A DNA stretch of 64,000 bases. Origin: Thermodesulfobacteriota bacterium. Lineage in GTDB: Bacteria > Desulfobacterota_D > UBA1144 > Nemesobacterales > UBA2774. A program made the position numbers and the translations under genes. Positions within the stretch are counted from its first letter, which is position 1, and each line of letters opens with the position of its first letter. Below, in pieces: positions 54,326 to 64,000 of this stretch. The stretch spans positions 160,001 to 224,000 of the forward strand of contig OY729416.1 of the NCBI GenBank assembly GCA_963422265.1, read 5' to 3'. The notes beneath the pieces are model-generated. The model worked only from the letters and a program-made list of their open reading frames with translations. It made no database searches and was not told the origin of the DNA.

Positions 54326-54717
54326 AGAGATACGCAGTCCTGTTAAGCGTAATTGTTTCTTTGCTGTTTATCTGGGGTTGTGATAGCGTTGATGGGGACG
54401 GTGTTGTAAAGTTGGATGGACCCATACTTGAGAAAACCGTATATGGAAAGGGAGTTTCAGAGTTTAGCGGCTATGTTGTAAACACAGGTAATACGGCTGT
54501 AAATTCAGTTTACGTAGTTGTTGTTCTAAAGGATGATAAGGGAAATATCATTAGGGAAGCCTCGACGTCTATTTTTAGAGAAGGTTCAAATACGCCGCTC
54601 AATCCTTCAGAAAGGCAGCCTTTTGCGCTGTTAGTTGAGTCGGAGCCCGGCGAGGTGTTTACGAAAGAAGCAGAAGTGTATTATGAGGATATAGCGAACA
54701 ACTCCCCTGTTCGGTAA
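54322..54717 (+). CDS. Lipoprotein, FxLYD/DUF3426-like Ig fold
   Basis: Lipobox IWGC; G.VVNTG...V.V.V.LKDDKG...LNPSE..PF; ATGA overlap. Confidence 0.75.
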   Translation: MKRYAVLLSVIVSLLFIWGCDSVDGDGVVKLDGPILEKTVYGKGVSEFSGYVVNTGNTAVNSVYVVVVLKDDKGNIIREASTSIFREGSNTPLNPSERQPFALLVESEPGEVFTKEAEVYYEDIANNSPVR

Positions 54718-54737
54718 GCACTCTTTTAAGCTATCTG

Positions 54738-54808
54738 ATTCACGTCTTGCAGAGGGGTTTGGAAAAGTGCAGTATGCGTTTTGTCAATTGCCTCCCCTCT
54801 GACTGAAT
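54738..54808. terminator. Long imperfect hairpin between convergent genes
   Basis: CAGAGGGG (54750) / CCCCTCTG (54794) plus imperfect inner and outer pairing. Confidence 0.4.
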
Positions 54809-54999
54809 TATTCCTTTCTACTGCCCGGGGGCACAGTATTTACGACTGCGGATATAGTAAACGCTATTACCGCAATTAGCGCAAGATACTTAAAATACGC
54901 CTGCCAGTTTATTGAAATTCCTAGATAAAGCCCTATTCCAATAAACAAGAATAGTATTAAGCATACAAGCATTGCGCCGGGAATGTTTTTGCTTAGCAC
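54808..54999 (-). CDS. Small two-TM membrane protein
   Basis: GGAGG SD upstream of GTG; two hydrophobic helices. Confidence 0.55.
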   Translation of the reverse strand: MLSKNIPGAMLVCLILFLFIGIGLYLGISINWQAYFKYLALIAVIAFTISAVVNTVPPGSRKE

Positions 55000-55221
55000 T
55001 TAACTCATCCCTCCGTAACTGAACTTAATCGTATTTAGATGAACACTATATACGAATCTAGGGGAATATCAATTGTTCTCATTACCAGAGCCGTTATTTA
55101 ACATAGCCAATTAAGCGTGTAAACTTAGCACTATAAAGTATTCTAAAACAGTTTTAGCTAAGTTAGTTTCTCTTCGTTGCTTTCCAGTAATGATGAACGG
55201 ACGCTTCGCGGTGGTTTTTAT

Positions 55222-57132
55222 ATGAGAGTTCCTAAGCCCAATGATCTATTAAGATTGCTAAGAAATTCAGGCAATCGACCTATGAGATTCAAAGAGATTT
55301 CGGCGCGTCTAGGCATTTCTGAAGAAGCTAAGCATGTAATCAAAAAGATTCTCAAAGAAATGGTAAGCAACGGCAAACTCAGGAAGGTGCAGGGGGGTAA
55401 ATATGTGACTTCCGAGTATAAAAACAAGAAGAAAAGTGATGTCGCGTTTCCCTCAAAACCGATAGTGGGATTGATGAAAGGGGATAGGATTCTTGGCAAG
55501 TACATCAAAACGGGCAAGACGGGAAAGCTTGTGCCGAAAGACGAGAAGTTGCCGAGTTTAGAGCTTCTGCCGGATGAGATTAAGAATTTAAGGAACAATA
55601 GCATAATTGTGGCTGAGTTGGGCAAAAAGCTTTCAAAGACGCGCCAATTGCAGGGGAGCGTCGTGGACATTCTAGGAAAAGTGGGAGATATGGAAGCGGA
55701 AAAGAGGGCTTTACTGGTTGAATATGACCTCCCTTCCGCATTCTCCCCAAAGTCAATGAGAGAATTGGAGGAAGTGTTAGGAGAAATTTCCCAAAGCGAG
55801 ATAGAGAGAAGGGTTGATCTGAGAAAAGAAACAATATTCACTATTGATAATGAAAATGCGAAGGATTTTGATGACGCGGTAGGTATCAAGAAGACTAAAA
55901 ACGGCTATAAACTCTATGTGTCTATCGCTGACGTTTCTTATTACGTCATTCTAGGGAGTAAGTTGGACAACGAGGCGTTTAATAGGGCTACTAGCGTTTA
56001 CCTTGCGGATAGCGTGGTGCCAATGCTTCCCGAGAGGCTTTCAAATGATTTATGCAGTTTAGTTCCTTATAAAGATAGACTCACAAAGACGGTTGAGATT
56101 AACTTTAATTTCAAAGGGGAGATGCTACGCTCCAAAATATACGATAGCGTGATTAGAAGCTCTGCAAGGACTACTTATAAATACGTTGCGGATACTCTTG
56201 AAAAGAGGGGTAGGGTATCAGATGCGGAAAAGCAGATAATCACAAAGCTAAAACTTATGCGGGAGCTTTTCAAAAAAGTAAGGTCGCGAAGGGTTGAGGC
56301 TGGAGAGTTGTTTTTTGACATACCAGAGCCTGAGCTTGTAAGGAATGAGCGGGGAAAGATCGTTGACGTCGTAAAGGCGGAGAGGAATCTGGCTCATGAG
56401 ATGATTGAGGAATTTATGATAGCCGCTAATACCGCCGTTGCGAATTTCGTATTTAGCTCAAACGCCTCCTCCCTTTACAGAATACACGAGCCGCCCGATA
56501 GGGAAGTGTTGGTTGAGTTGTCCGAAGCTTTAAGGAAGTTGGGTTATACAATGTCTGTAAACGGCTCTGCGAGCGCCTTTGAAATCCAGGAAGTTGTTGA
56601 AAAAAGCAAGAACAAGTTAAACAAGGTCGCCGTTAATATGCTGATACTCCGCTCGCTCAATAAAGCCGTTTACTCGACTTTAAGGCATGGCCATTTTGGG
56701 CTAGGTCTCGAGCATTACACCCACTTCACCTCTCCTATAAGACGCTATCCAGATTTAATCGTGCATAGAATAGTAAATTCTTTATTAGAGAGAAAATCCC
56801 TTCCTTACAAAAAAGATTCGCTCGATTGGATAGCCGAGCATTCTTCTAAGAAAGAAAGGATTGCAACTACCATTGAAAGGGAATCTATCAACCTTGAAAC
56901 GGCTTATCTAATGAAATCTCACGTCAATAAGGAATTTGAAGGAACCGTAATAAGCGTCTTGCCATTCGGTATATTCGTAGAGATTGAAGATATATACGTT
57001 GAAGGCTTGATTCCCAGAGAGAGCGTTAAGGATTGGAGAAAACGCTGGTTTAACGTAGGGCAGAGGGTAAGGGTAAAAGTCGTGAACTCGGATATAGAGA
57101 AGAGAAGAATCACGCTTAATTTAGCGAGATAG
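55222..57132 (+). CDS. rnr: Ribonuclease R (RNB family)
   Basis: TIDNENAKDFDDA, IADVS, EEFMIAAN, HFGL..YTHFTSPIRRYPDL, S1 domain; ATG 55222 (ORF track 55177). Confidence 0.93.
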   Translation: MRVPKPNDLLRLLRNSGNRPMRFKEISARLGISEEAKHVIKKILKEMVSNGKLRKVQGGKYVTSEYKNKKKSDVAFPSKPIVGLMKGDRILGKYIKTGKTGKLVPKDEKLPSLELLPDEIKNLRNNSIIVAELGKKLSKTRQLQGSVVDILGKVGDMEAEKRALLVEYDLPSAFSPKSMRELEEVLGEISQSEIERRVDLRKETIFTIDNENAKDFDDAVGIKKTKNGYKLYVSIADVSYYVILGSKLDNEAFNRATSVYLADSVVPMLPERLSNDLCSLVPYKDRLTKTVEINFNFKGEMLRSKIYDSVIRSSARTTYKYVADTLEKRGRVSDAEKQIITKLKLMRELFKKVRSRRVEAGELFFDIPEPELVRNERGKIVDVVKAERNLAHEMIEEFMIAANTAVANFVFSSNASSLYRIHEPPDREVLVELSEALRKLGYTMSVNGSASAFEIQEVVEKSKNKLNKVAVNMLILRSLNKAVYSTLRHGHFGLGLEHYTHFTSPIRRYPDLIVHRIVNSLLERKSLPYKKDSLDWIAEHSSKKERIATTIERESINLETAYLMKSHVNKEFEGTVISVLPFGIFVEIEDIYVEGLIPRESVKDWRKRWFNVGQRVRVKVVNSDIEKRRITLNLAR

Positions 57133-57280
57133 GTATAATTAGGAGAGGTGGTTTGGCACAGAGTTAAGGTATCTCGTTGTGTTAACGTGGCGAAATTTAA
57201 GTAGTCAGCTTGAAATTTAACAGGTATTTATCCGTCTCTTAAAAGGCTTTTTAGGCGAGGTTAAAGCATGCTAAATATAA

Positions 57281-57323
57281 ATCCCCCTTTAGAAAAGGGG
57301 GATACAGGGGGATTTGATCTTTA
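57281..57323. repeat. REP-like element (CCCCCTTTAGAAAAGGGGG..GGGGGATTT)
   Basis: Near-copy of 29507-29547. Confidence 0.8.
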
Positions 57324-57622
57324 TCTTTTTAATCATAGCCTACTATCATGTAATCCCAGAAATCACAGTTCAGACTTTCCCCTCTTCCCAAACCATCTTT
57401 CAACCCGTAAATACTAACGGGTTTAAACTGTATTGTAATTTTTATTTAGATTCAAAAACTAAACCAAAGGATTTAGATGAATGGCGGTGTTCTTTGGACG
57501 AAGTTTGAACTTTCTTTGAACAAAACCCCCAATAAGGAAGCCCGCCCCATCCCCCTTCCTTTTTGCCCGCCTACTTGGGCTTCGCCCCCAAAACTTTTCG
57601 GTGGGACGGTGGGACTATGAAA

Positions 57623-59932
57623 CTAAAAATTCTTCTCCAAAATTTCAAAATGCTTCGGGTCTGATTTTTTTACAATATTCAATAAAATCTTGATCGCGTC
57701 TTTGCTTTCGCCTTTATCTTTATGCTCGATTGTGCTTGTTGGATTGGAATTGTGAGAAAAGTCATTGACCAACTTGTATGCTTTGCCCGCGTCAACATTG
57801 CTAATTTTCTCATCTGGATCATTGATATTTTTGATAAATACTCCCATTTTAGACTTTTGATCACCCGTTGTCGGTATCTTGAAATCTGCAAAAATATCAA
57901 AAAATCTTCTCGCCATATTTCCAACCGTATAAAAATCTTCATATTGAGTGTCTTGTTTTTCTGAAAATTCCTTGAGCTTGGCAAATAAAAAGTGATATTC
58001 GGATTTATAATTTTGCAGAGTTTTATCAAGCTTAACAATTTTTGCTTTTCTCACATCTGATTCAGTAAAATTTTCTACCATGAAAAACTCGCAAGGAATT
58101 GGTTTTTTCGTTGAATTGTTTTTATTGATAAACCATTCTTTAACCAAGTTGAAAAGCTGAAAATTGTGCGTAGAGATAAAAAGTTGCCCCACTTCTTTGA
58201 AATGTGTGTTTATCATTGAAAAACAGTGATAAATGAAGTTTGAGTCAAAGCTGGAGATTGGATCGTCAATAAAAATAATTCCTTTTGATTTATCAAAATC
58301 GCCTTCGCCAACTTTTACGACAAAATACGAAAAAGCAATTGCGGTTTTTTCTCCTTCGCTCAAATTTTTTGCTGGTTTCCCATCTCTTTTTATTGTGTAA
58401 CCCTTGTTATCTCTATCCAATGCAAGTTCAATCTCTTTTCTGCCGAAAAATTCTTTCAGATGTTTGTTGATAGATGCAATCGCCTTACCAATGTCTGAAA
58501 CTTGTTTTTCAAGTTTTTCAATATCTGAATTATTTTTATTGACCGCGTTTTGAGCTTCTGTTTCGTTTCTCAATGCTTTTTCTAAATCAGTTCCCATTTT
58601 TTTATAGTCCTGACCCGCTAAAGCAGTCGCGATTGAATTCAATTCAAGTTTTTCGCGGGCAATTGAAACCTCGTTTTCGTGATTACTTGCTTTCTCATTA
58701 TGCTCTTCAATAATTTTGTTCAGTTCCAAAATTTCGCCATTGTACGATGATAAAAAATCTTCTGGCTGTGCGGGGCTTGAAATATTGGCAAGTGGGTTGT
58801 CGTATTTTTCCTGAAGTGATTCTGTCGCTTTGTCAATCCAAGTATTTATTTTTTTGATAACTTCGTTAAGATCCTTTGCCTTGCTGATGTATCTCTCTTT
58901 TAGATCGGGGTAAAGTTTATTATTTTCCGTTGGGATCTCTAGTCGTTTTATTTCTAAAATTTCACTTTTTAGACTTGTGATTTCGCTTTGTAGGGCTTCA
59001 TAGTCTTTGCTGAAATGTTTTGAAAGTGTAGCTAAAAAGTCATTTTCGAGTGGTTTTTGGCAAAATAAACATTTTTCTTTTTCTTCTTTTGTTTTGTGTA
59101 AATCAAAACCTTGTTTCACCCAACTATTCAAAACTTGATCGTCTTTTAATCTATCTAGCGTTTCCGAAACAACTTTTTTGCCAAGCAAAGCTACAATTTT
59201 TTCAAAAGTCTTTTGAAAATTATCGACGGTTTCGTCATCAAAAGAAAAAGAAAAGTTATATTCTGAAAATGCGGTTTGCGTTTCGCCCGCTTCGCTTTTA
59301 CTTATTACCTCATATTTTTTCTTATCTTTGTCATATAGGCTTTTGTCGGAAAAATTATCAACACCGATAGAATTGATTTTATTTTCTGCTTTTGTCTTGT
59401 TATACGACTTGTCAAAAAGAATATTCGCGATTTCTCGCCCGAGACTAGTTAGAAAAGTATTTTTTGTTTCTTCTTTTGCCGATTTGTCTTTTTTCTTCTG
59501 TTCGTATGATTTGCAAAGAGTAATTTTACCTAGTTTCAACTGTTCAAGCCGTTTTTTACTCTCAATATCTTCTTCGCTCACATAAATAATCGGATTGCAT
59601 GAATCAGAAGGATCAAAGGAAATGTTGTCATCTATAAAATCTTGATTGAAAATTTTTATCGGCAAAACATTTGTGGCGACATCAGTATTTTTTACAGTAG
59701 TTCCGTCATTGGTTTTTATTTCAAACTCTCCATTTTCGGGGTATTGCTTGAATTTATCTTTGTCGTAAGTGCATTTTTTCTCACAGCTCGCAAGAACGCG
59801 AGAAATTGTAGTTTTTCCACTTCTATTCCAGCCATATATCAGATTGAATTTTTTGAAATCAGAAAGCTCTTTTTTCCAAGTAAAATCATGAAATATGCCG
59901 AAGTTTTTGAGTTTTGATATTTTGCTGATCAT
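57623..59932 (-). CDS. rloC: RloC-like AAA_13 ABC-ATPase with zinc hook and C-terminal HEPN-type anticodon nuclease
   Basis: GWNRSGKTT, coiled coil with CLFC hook, LSEGE, IDDPISSFD, STHN; GNMARRFF and VNDFSH; directly downstream of type I R-M genes. Confidence 0.75.
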   Translation of the reverse strand: MISKISKLKNFGIFHDFTWKKELSDFKKFNLIYGWNRSGKTTISRVLASCEKKCTYDKDKFKQYPENGEFEIKTNDGTTVKNTDVATNVLPIKIFNQDFIDDNISFDPSDSCNPIIYVSEEDIESKKRLEQLKLGKITLCKSYEQKKKDKSAKEETKNTFLTSLGREIANILFDKSYNKTKAENKINSIGVDNFSDKSLYDKDKKKYEVISKSEAGETQTAFSEYNFSFSFDDETVDNFQKTFEKIVALLGKKVVSETLDRLKDDQVLNSWVKQGFDLHKTKEEKEKCLFCQKPLENDFLATLSKHFSKDYEALQSEITSLKSEILEIKRLEIPTENNKLYPDLKERYISKAKDLNEVIKKINTWIDKATESLQEKYDNPLANISSPAQPEDFLSSYNGEILELNKIIEEHNEKASNHENEVSIAREKLELNSIATALAGQDYKKMGTDLEKALRNETEAQNAVNKNNSDIEKLEKQVSDIGKAIASINKHLKEFFGRKEIELALDRDNKGYTIKRDGKPAKNLSEGEKTAIAFSYFVVKVGEGDFDKSKGIIFIDDPISSFDSNFIYHCFSMINTHFKEVGQLFISTHNFQLFNLVKEWFINKNNSTKKPIPCEFFMVENFTESDVRKAKIVKLDKTLQNYKSEYHFLFAKLKEFSEKQDTQYEDFYTVGNMARRFFDIFADFKIPTTGDQKSKMGVFIKNINDPDEKISNVDAGKAYKLVNDFSHNSNPTSTIEHKDKGESKDAIKILLNIVKKSDPKHFEILEKNF

Positions 59933-59934
59933 AT

Positions 59935-62379
59935 TTATATCTCGCTTAAAACATCGGAAATTTTTTGTTCCATTATTTCAATCAATTGTTTGTTTGCGTT
60001 GATTATTTGTTGTTCTTTTTCCGCTTCGGCAACAAGTTTTTTCTGAATTTCCAAGGTCGGAAGCGGAATTTTTAGTTTTTGCATTTTACTTTTTGACACT
60101 TCCCCAAAAGTTCCACCTGTTGCCAATGCTTTCATCTCATCAATTTTTGAAGTCATGCACATAGCGACAAAATAAGGCAATGCTTTTGACGTATCATTAA
60201 CAATGATGTTTTTAAATCCTTGATTTGTTGCTGTTTGTTCTTTTGCAATAGCAACTCGTCCGATTGTTGCACGAGAAGAAACTAAAATTGATTCTTTTGG
60301 CAATAATTTTGCTGAAGATTTTGAAAGTCCTAATTCCGTTATTTTACGCTTTGTTTCTTTAAGTTCTGTAATATAATCGTCTTGAGGTAAATCAACAAGT
60401 GTTGCCCAATTTATTTCACCATTCCAATAATCTTTATTGTTTGTATCTGGTGTGCCTCCCGATTCAATTTTAAAAATATTTTCATTCCCCAATTCCACCC
60501 ACTCAACACCTTCTAATTTTCTAAGTGCCTGACCAAAATATCGTCTCTCTCTCCCTAGATTTTGGATAATGGCTTTGGCGTGATCTATGGCGTTTTGCTT
60601 GACTTCAATCTGTTCAACGATTTCTTTTTGGACTTCAATCGGCGGAAGTGGGATTTTGATTTTTGAATATTCTGAAATCCAGTATCGCTTATGTGTATCG
60701 TGATTAAACTTTATGTCCTGCATGGCATAAAATAAAAATTCTGTATCGGCTTTCTCTCTTTTTGTATGCAAGATCTTCATCGCAGATGATTTAACCTTAA
60801 AAGGAAAGTCAACAAACTTTGTTGCGGTTGTAAAATCATCAAAAATAATGACTGGTAGATTTTTTGCTGGGAATATGCCTTCGGTTTCGTCTGTATACCC
60901 CAAAATAAATGTTTGGCCAGCAGTCAAAACAGGAGTTTTGTATTCGTCGCTATAATTAACGGACTCCACAATATATTTTGTTGGTTGTTCGTATTCTAAA
61001 ACTTCACCTAACTCTACCATTTCCCATTTTTGATTAGCAAAATTTGTTATCTCTTTATATCTATCCCCCGAAAGATTGTAATCACCTGTCGCAATTATTT
61101 TTTCTTTGGCAACAATATGAGCGATTTGCTTTTCGTCTTCACTAAATTTTTTATCATCAAACGATGATTTATATTTCTTGATAACTTCCAATGCCAAAGG
61201 CAAATCGTTTTTGCCATTTTCCCGCCTTTGCGCGCCTAAATCAAAACCGTCATTTTGAATTTTCACAAATAAAAAGTTTTTTGTTTTCTTTGAAATCTCA
61301 TTATCAAAAAGTAAAACACTGGTTTTTACTCCTGCATAAGGATTAAAAACGCCCGCAGGAAGCGAAACAACTGCAAAAAGTCCGTCTTCGACTAATTGTT
61401 TACGCAATTGTTTATAAGCATTGCTTGATTGAAAAATTATTCCTTCGGGAACAATAATTCCAGCCCGCCCTTTAATTGTTAAATGCTCAACAATATAATC
61501 TACAAAAAGCACTTCGGCTCGATTGGCTTGGATACTAAATCGCTTGTGTGGACGAATCCCGCCTGTCGGAGTCATAAATGGCGGATTGGCGAGAACAACA
61601 TCAAAAGTTTCTTCCCAACGCTTTTCGCTTGTCAGTGAATCATACTCGTGGATTTTTGGCTCTTGGAATCCGTGCAGATACATATTCACAAGTGCCAATT
61701 TCACCATATCTGGCGAAATATCGTAGCCCGCAAGATTATTCATCAATTTCAATTTTTCGTCTGGTGTGAGCGGTTTTTCTTTATTGGTTTTCAAAATATG
61801 TTTATAGGCGGAAATCAAAAATCCAGCCGTTCCGCAAGAGGGATCAAGGATTGTTTCATTTTTCTTTGGATCAACCACCTCAACAATAAAATCAATAATG
61901 TGGCGAGGTGTGCGGAATTGCCCGGCGTCGCCTTGGCTCCCGAGAATGGAAAGCAAATATTCAAAAGCATTTCCTAAGTTTTCGCTGTGTTCGTAATTAA
62001 ATTCGTTTATCTCTTTGAGGAAGAGTGAAAGCGTGTGAGGGTCGTTGTATGGCAAAAACGCACCTTTGAAAATATCACGGAACAATTGCGGAATATGCGG
62101 ATTTTTTGACATATTCGTAATTGCCTGAATATACAGATCAAGGCGTTCTTTTCCTGAAAGTTTGTTGTCCAAAATTTTCGTCCATGAAAACTTTTTCCAA
62201 TCATCAATGAAAAATTGAGTTTTTAATCCAACCTCTTCGTTTTCCTTATCCATGTCATCCATAAACTTATAGATAAGAGCAGTTGTGATTTGCTCAACCT
62301 GTGCTTTTGGATCAGGAACTTTACCAACAAGGATTTGCCGAGCGGAGTCAATTTTTCGTTTTGTAGTTTGATCAAGCAT
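59935..62379 (-). CDS. hsdM: Type I R-M fused HsdM-HsdS (MTase plus two TRDs)
   Basis: GQFRTPRH, DPSCGTAGF, NPPF; then two S half-repeats (WEMVELGE...IPLPPIEVQKEIV; WVELG..GGTP...IPLPTLEIQKKLV). Confidence 0.9.
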   Translation of the reverse strand: MLDQTTKRKIDSARQILVGKVPDPKAQVEQITTALIYKFMDDMDKENEEVGLKTQFFIDDWKKFSWTKILDNKLSGKERLDLYIQAITNMSKNPHIPQLFRDIFKGAFLPYNDPHTLSLFLKEINEFNYEHSENLGNAFEYLLSILGSQGDAGQFRTPRHIIDFIVEVVDPKKNETILDPSCGTAGFLISAYKHILKTNKEKPLTPDEKLKLMNNLAGYDISPDMVKLALVNMYLHGFQEPKIHEYDSLTSEKRWEETFDVVLANPPFMTPTGGIRPHKRFSIQANRAEVLFVDYIVEHLTIKGRAGIIVPEGIIFQSSNAYKQLRKQLVEDGLFAVVSLPAGVFNPYAGVKTSVLLFDNEISKKTKNFLFVKIQNDGFDLGAQRRENGKNDLPLALEVIKKYKSSFDDKKFSEDEKQIAHIVAKEKIIATGDYNLSGDRYKEITNFANQKWEMVELGEVLEYEQPTKYIVESVNYSDEYKTPVLTAGQTFILGYTDETEGIFPAKNLPVIIFDDFTTATKFVDFPFKVKSSAMKILHTKREKADTEFLFYAMQDIKFNHDTHKRYWISEYSKIKIPLPPIEVQKEIVEQIEVKQNAIDHAKAIIQNLGRERRYFGQALRKLEGVEWVELGNENIFKIESGGTPDTNNKDYWNGEINWATLVDLPQDDYITELKETKRKITELGLSKSSAKLLPKESILVSSRATIGRVAIAKEQTATNQGFKNIIVNDTSKALPYFVAMCMTSKIDEMKALATGGTFGEVSKSKMQKLKIPLPTLEIQKKLVAEAEKEQQIINANKQLIEIMEQKISDVLSEI

Positions 62380-62390
62380 AATATTTTTGG

Positions 62391-64000
62391 TTACCTCATA
62401 TAAACATTAACCGGCACATAATCTTTAACATAAGTAGGTACAGTTTCCCGCCAGCCGTTCAATTGCTTAAACTCTGCCATTGTAAATCCAGCAAATTCTC
62501 TCGGAAATCGTTGATTATTTATTTCATTTCTGAAATATTCGCTCGTAACATACGCTTTCAGATAATTTTTGATATGCGGAACATATTTGCTTTCGGGCTT
62601 GTAGATTGAGATAAACTTTTCGCATTCTTCTTCCAATTTTTCGTCTTTGGATTTGAAAACATCAATCAAGCCAAAAGCTCGTTCCAAAAATTCACGCCAA
62701 GAAATACGGCGATCAAGATTTTCGCTCTTGCGGATTTTTTCAAGATTGAGGAATAATTGCGGTTTGTCTTCGTATTTGTCGCGCATAATTTGCACGGCTT
62801 TGTCCCATTGCTCGTTTTCAACGGCTGATTTTACTTCCGTATCTTTTTGCAATTCTTCGCGGGCTTTTTCAAAAAGTTTACGATCAACTTTCATTCCCTC
62901 GATTCCGACAGGTGTTTCAGTAAGCGTTTTTACTTTGTCGGGATTAAATATTTCTATTTCATCAATATCAACGCCGACAGACCCTTCTCCACCTGTTCCT
63001 TTTTGTTTGATTGGCAATTGCAAAACCTCGTCATAATCAAATTTTTCTTCAAAGTATTCGCAGTTTGCGAAGAAATCGAAAAATTTGAAATGCTCTTTGG
63101 TTGCTTTGTGTTTCTCGCCGTCTTCGTCGGTATATTCAAAAGTGAATTTTCTTGTTCCTCGTCCTTTAATCTGAATAAAATCAGTCGGCGAAAAGACGGG
63201 ACGCATAAGCGCAAGATTCAAAATATCTTGGCAGTCATAACCAGTCGTCATCATTCCGACAGTTACGCAAACCCTCGTTTTACTGGATTTGTAATTTTCC
63301 AAAAACTTGGTGTGTCCGTTCAGGTTGTTGTTGGCAAAGTTTATCGTCATTTGCTGGGAGTTCTGAATGTTTGAGGTGATTTGCACGGCAAAATCTGAAT
63401 TGTATTTGTCGGGACAAAGCTTGCTCACCATTTTATTAAGCGTTTGGGTAATTTTTGAAGCGTGCTTTTGGCTAACGCAAAATATAATGCTTTTGCCAAT
63501 TTCACCACTTATTGGGTCTTTGACGGCGTTTTCAATAAATGTCTGGCAAAAGACACGATTTGTTTTTTCGGAAAAGAATTTCTTTTCAAAATCCTTTTGG
63601 AAAAATGTTCCTTCGCTTTCTCTGCCTTCTTCATCTTCAACCATAACCGCATAACCTTTTTCGGATAGCAATTTGGTGGTGATGTCGGTTCGCGCGTCTG
63701 AAACAATAAGATTTATCAAAAACCCTTCTCGCACACCGTCAAGCAAGCTAAAACGGAAAGTCGGCTCGACGTTTTTACAACCAAAAGTCGTGTAAGTGTC
63801 CAAGAGTTGTCGTCTTTCCCAAGCTCGCGGGTCTTTCTGTGAAAGTTTTTGCGGATCAACATTTTTCAAATAATCTTTCGGCGTTGCGGTTAAGCCCAAT
63901 TTATAGCCGATAAAGTATTCAAAAACCGCGCGCGAGTTTCCACCGATTGCTCGGTGGCTCTCGTCAGCAATAACTAAATCAAAATCAGTCGGCGAGAAAA
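62391..64000 (-). CDS. hsdR: Type I restriction subunit HsdR (EcoEI/EcoAI-like), 5' part outside window
   Basis: Frame open to the window edge: FDLVIADESHR..GLTATP; KSIIFC, MMTTGYD, QIKGRGTR. Confidence 0.9.
   Translation of the reverse strand, partial: FSPTDFDLVIADESHRAIGGNSRAVFEYFIGYKLGLTATPKDYLKNVDPQKLSQKDPRAWERRQLLDTYTTFGCKNVEPTFRFSLLDGVREGFLINLIVSDARTDITTKLLSEKGYAVMVEDEEGRESEGTFFQKDFEKKFFSEKTNRVFCQTFIENAVKDPISGEIGKSIIFCVSQKHASKITQTLNKMVSKLCPDKYNSDFAVQITSNIQNSQQMTINFANNNLNGHTKFLENYKSSKTRVCVTVGMMTTGYDCQDILNLALMRPVFSPTDFIQIKGRGTRKFTFEYTDEDGEKHKATKEHFKFFDFFANCEYFEEKFDYDEVLQLPIKQKGTGGEGSVGVDIDEIEIFNPDKVKTLTETPVGIEGMKVDRKLFEKAREELQKDTEVKSAVENEQWDKAVQIMRDKYEDKPQLFLNLEKIRKSENLDRRISWREFLERAFGLIDVFKSKDEKLEEECEKFISIYKPESKYVPHIKNYLKAYVTSEYFRNEINNQRFPREFAGFTMAEFKQLNGWRETVPTYVKDYVPVNVYMR

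Noticed and set aside
55218-55889. 223-aa minus-strand ORF and similar long antisense ORFs (e.g. 23398-23916, 23926-24477, 62847-63374)
   Set aside because: Shadows of well-supported genes on the opposite strand
57153-57168. TGGCAC sigma54-like site after rnr
   Set aside because: Lacks the -12 TTGC element at the required spacing
57314-57508. 64-aa plus-strand ORF
   Set aside because: Starts inside a REP element, has no SD and crosses the putative island junction

Overview
Bacterial chromosomal segment of moderate GC. The gene repertoire and protein style suggest a deltaproteobacteria-like or Dadabacteria-like lineage, which is inference only. The backbone is housekeeping: tolQR, dcd, gyrB, an isolated nuoG-nuoH pair, tamB, rlpA-dapF-amidohydrolase-cofC, ALDH-mqnD-mqnA-dGTPase-hisF-hisA, meaB-pcm-rng-mce, coaX, VKOR-Trx, htpX, purC, phoH, purA-hisZ-serA, a sigma54-driven amtB-porin pair, tRNA-Phe and rnr. 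Three accessory, defence-like inserts interrupt it. (1) An AT-rich, translationally coupled three-gene cassette between gyrB and nuoH: a TIGR04255-family protein, an antitoxin-like protein and a putative ART-fold toxin. This is the best candidate for an undescribed system. (2) A PLD-nuclease/SNF2-helicase, an Eco57I-like adenine MTase and a DUF3644 HEPN gene. (3) An AT-rich type I R-M locus (HsdR, fused HsdM-HsdS) with an RloC-like ATPase/anticodon nuclease, running off the window end. Intergenic regions hold mosaics of several REP-like palindrome families, two of which have been captured in-frame into proteins (the PhoH N-terminus and the C-terminus of an apparently inactive LigD phosphoesterase-like protein). 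Several perfect short tandem duplications also occur. All family calls come from motif recognition by eye; no searches were run.
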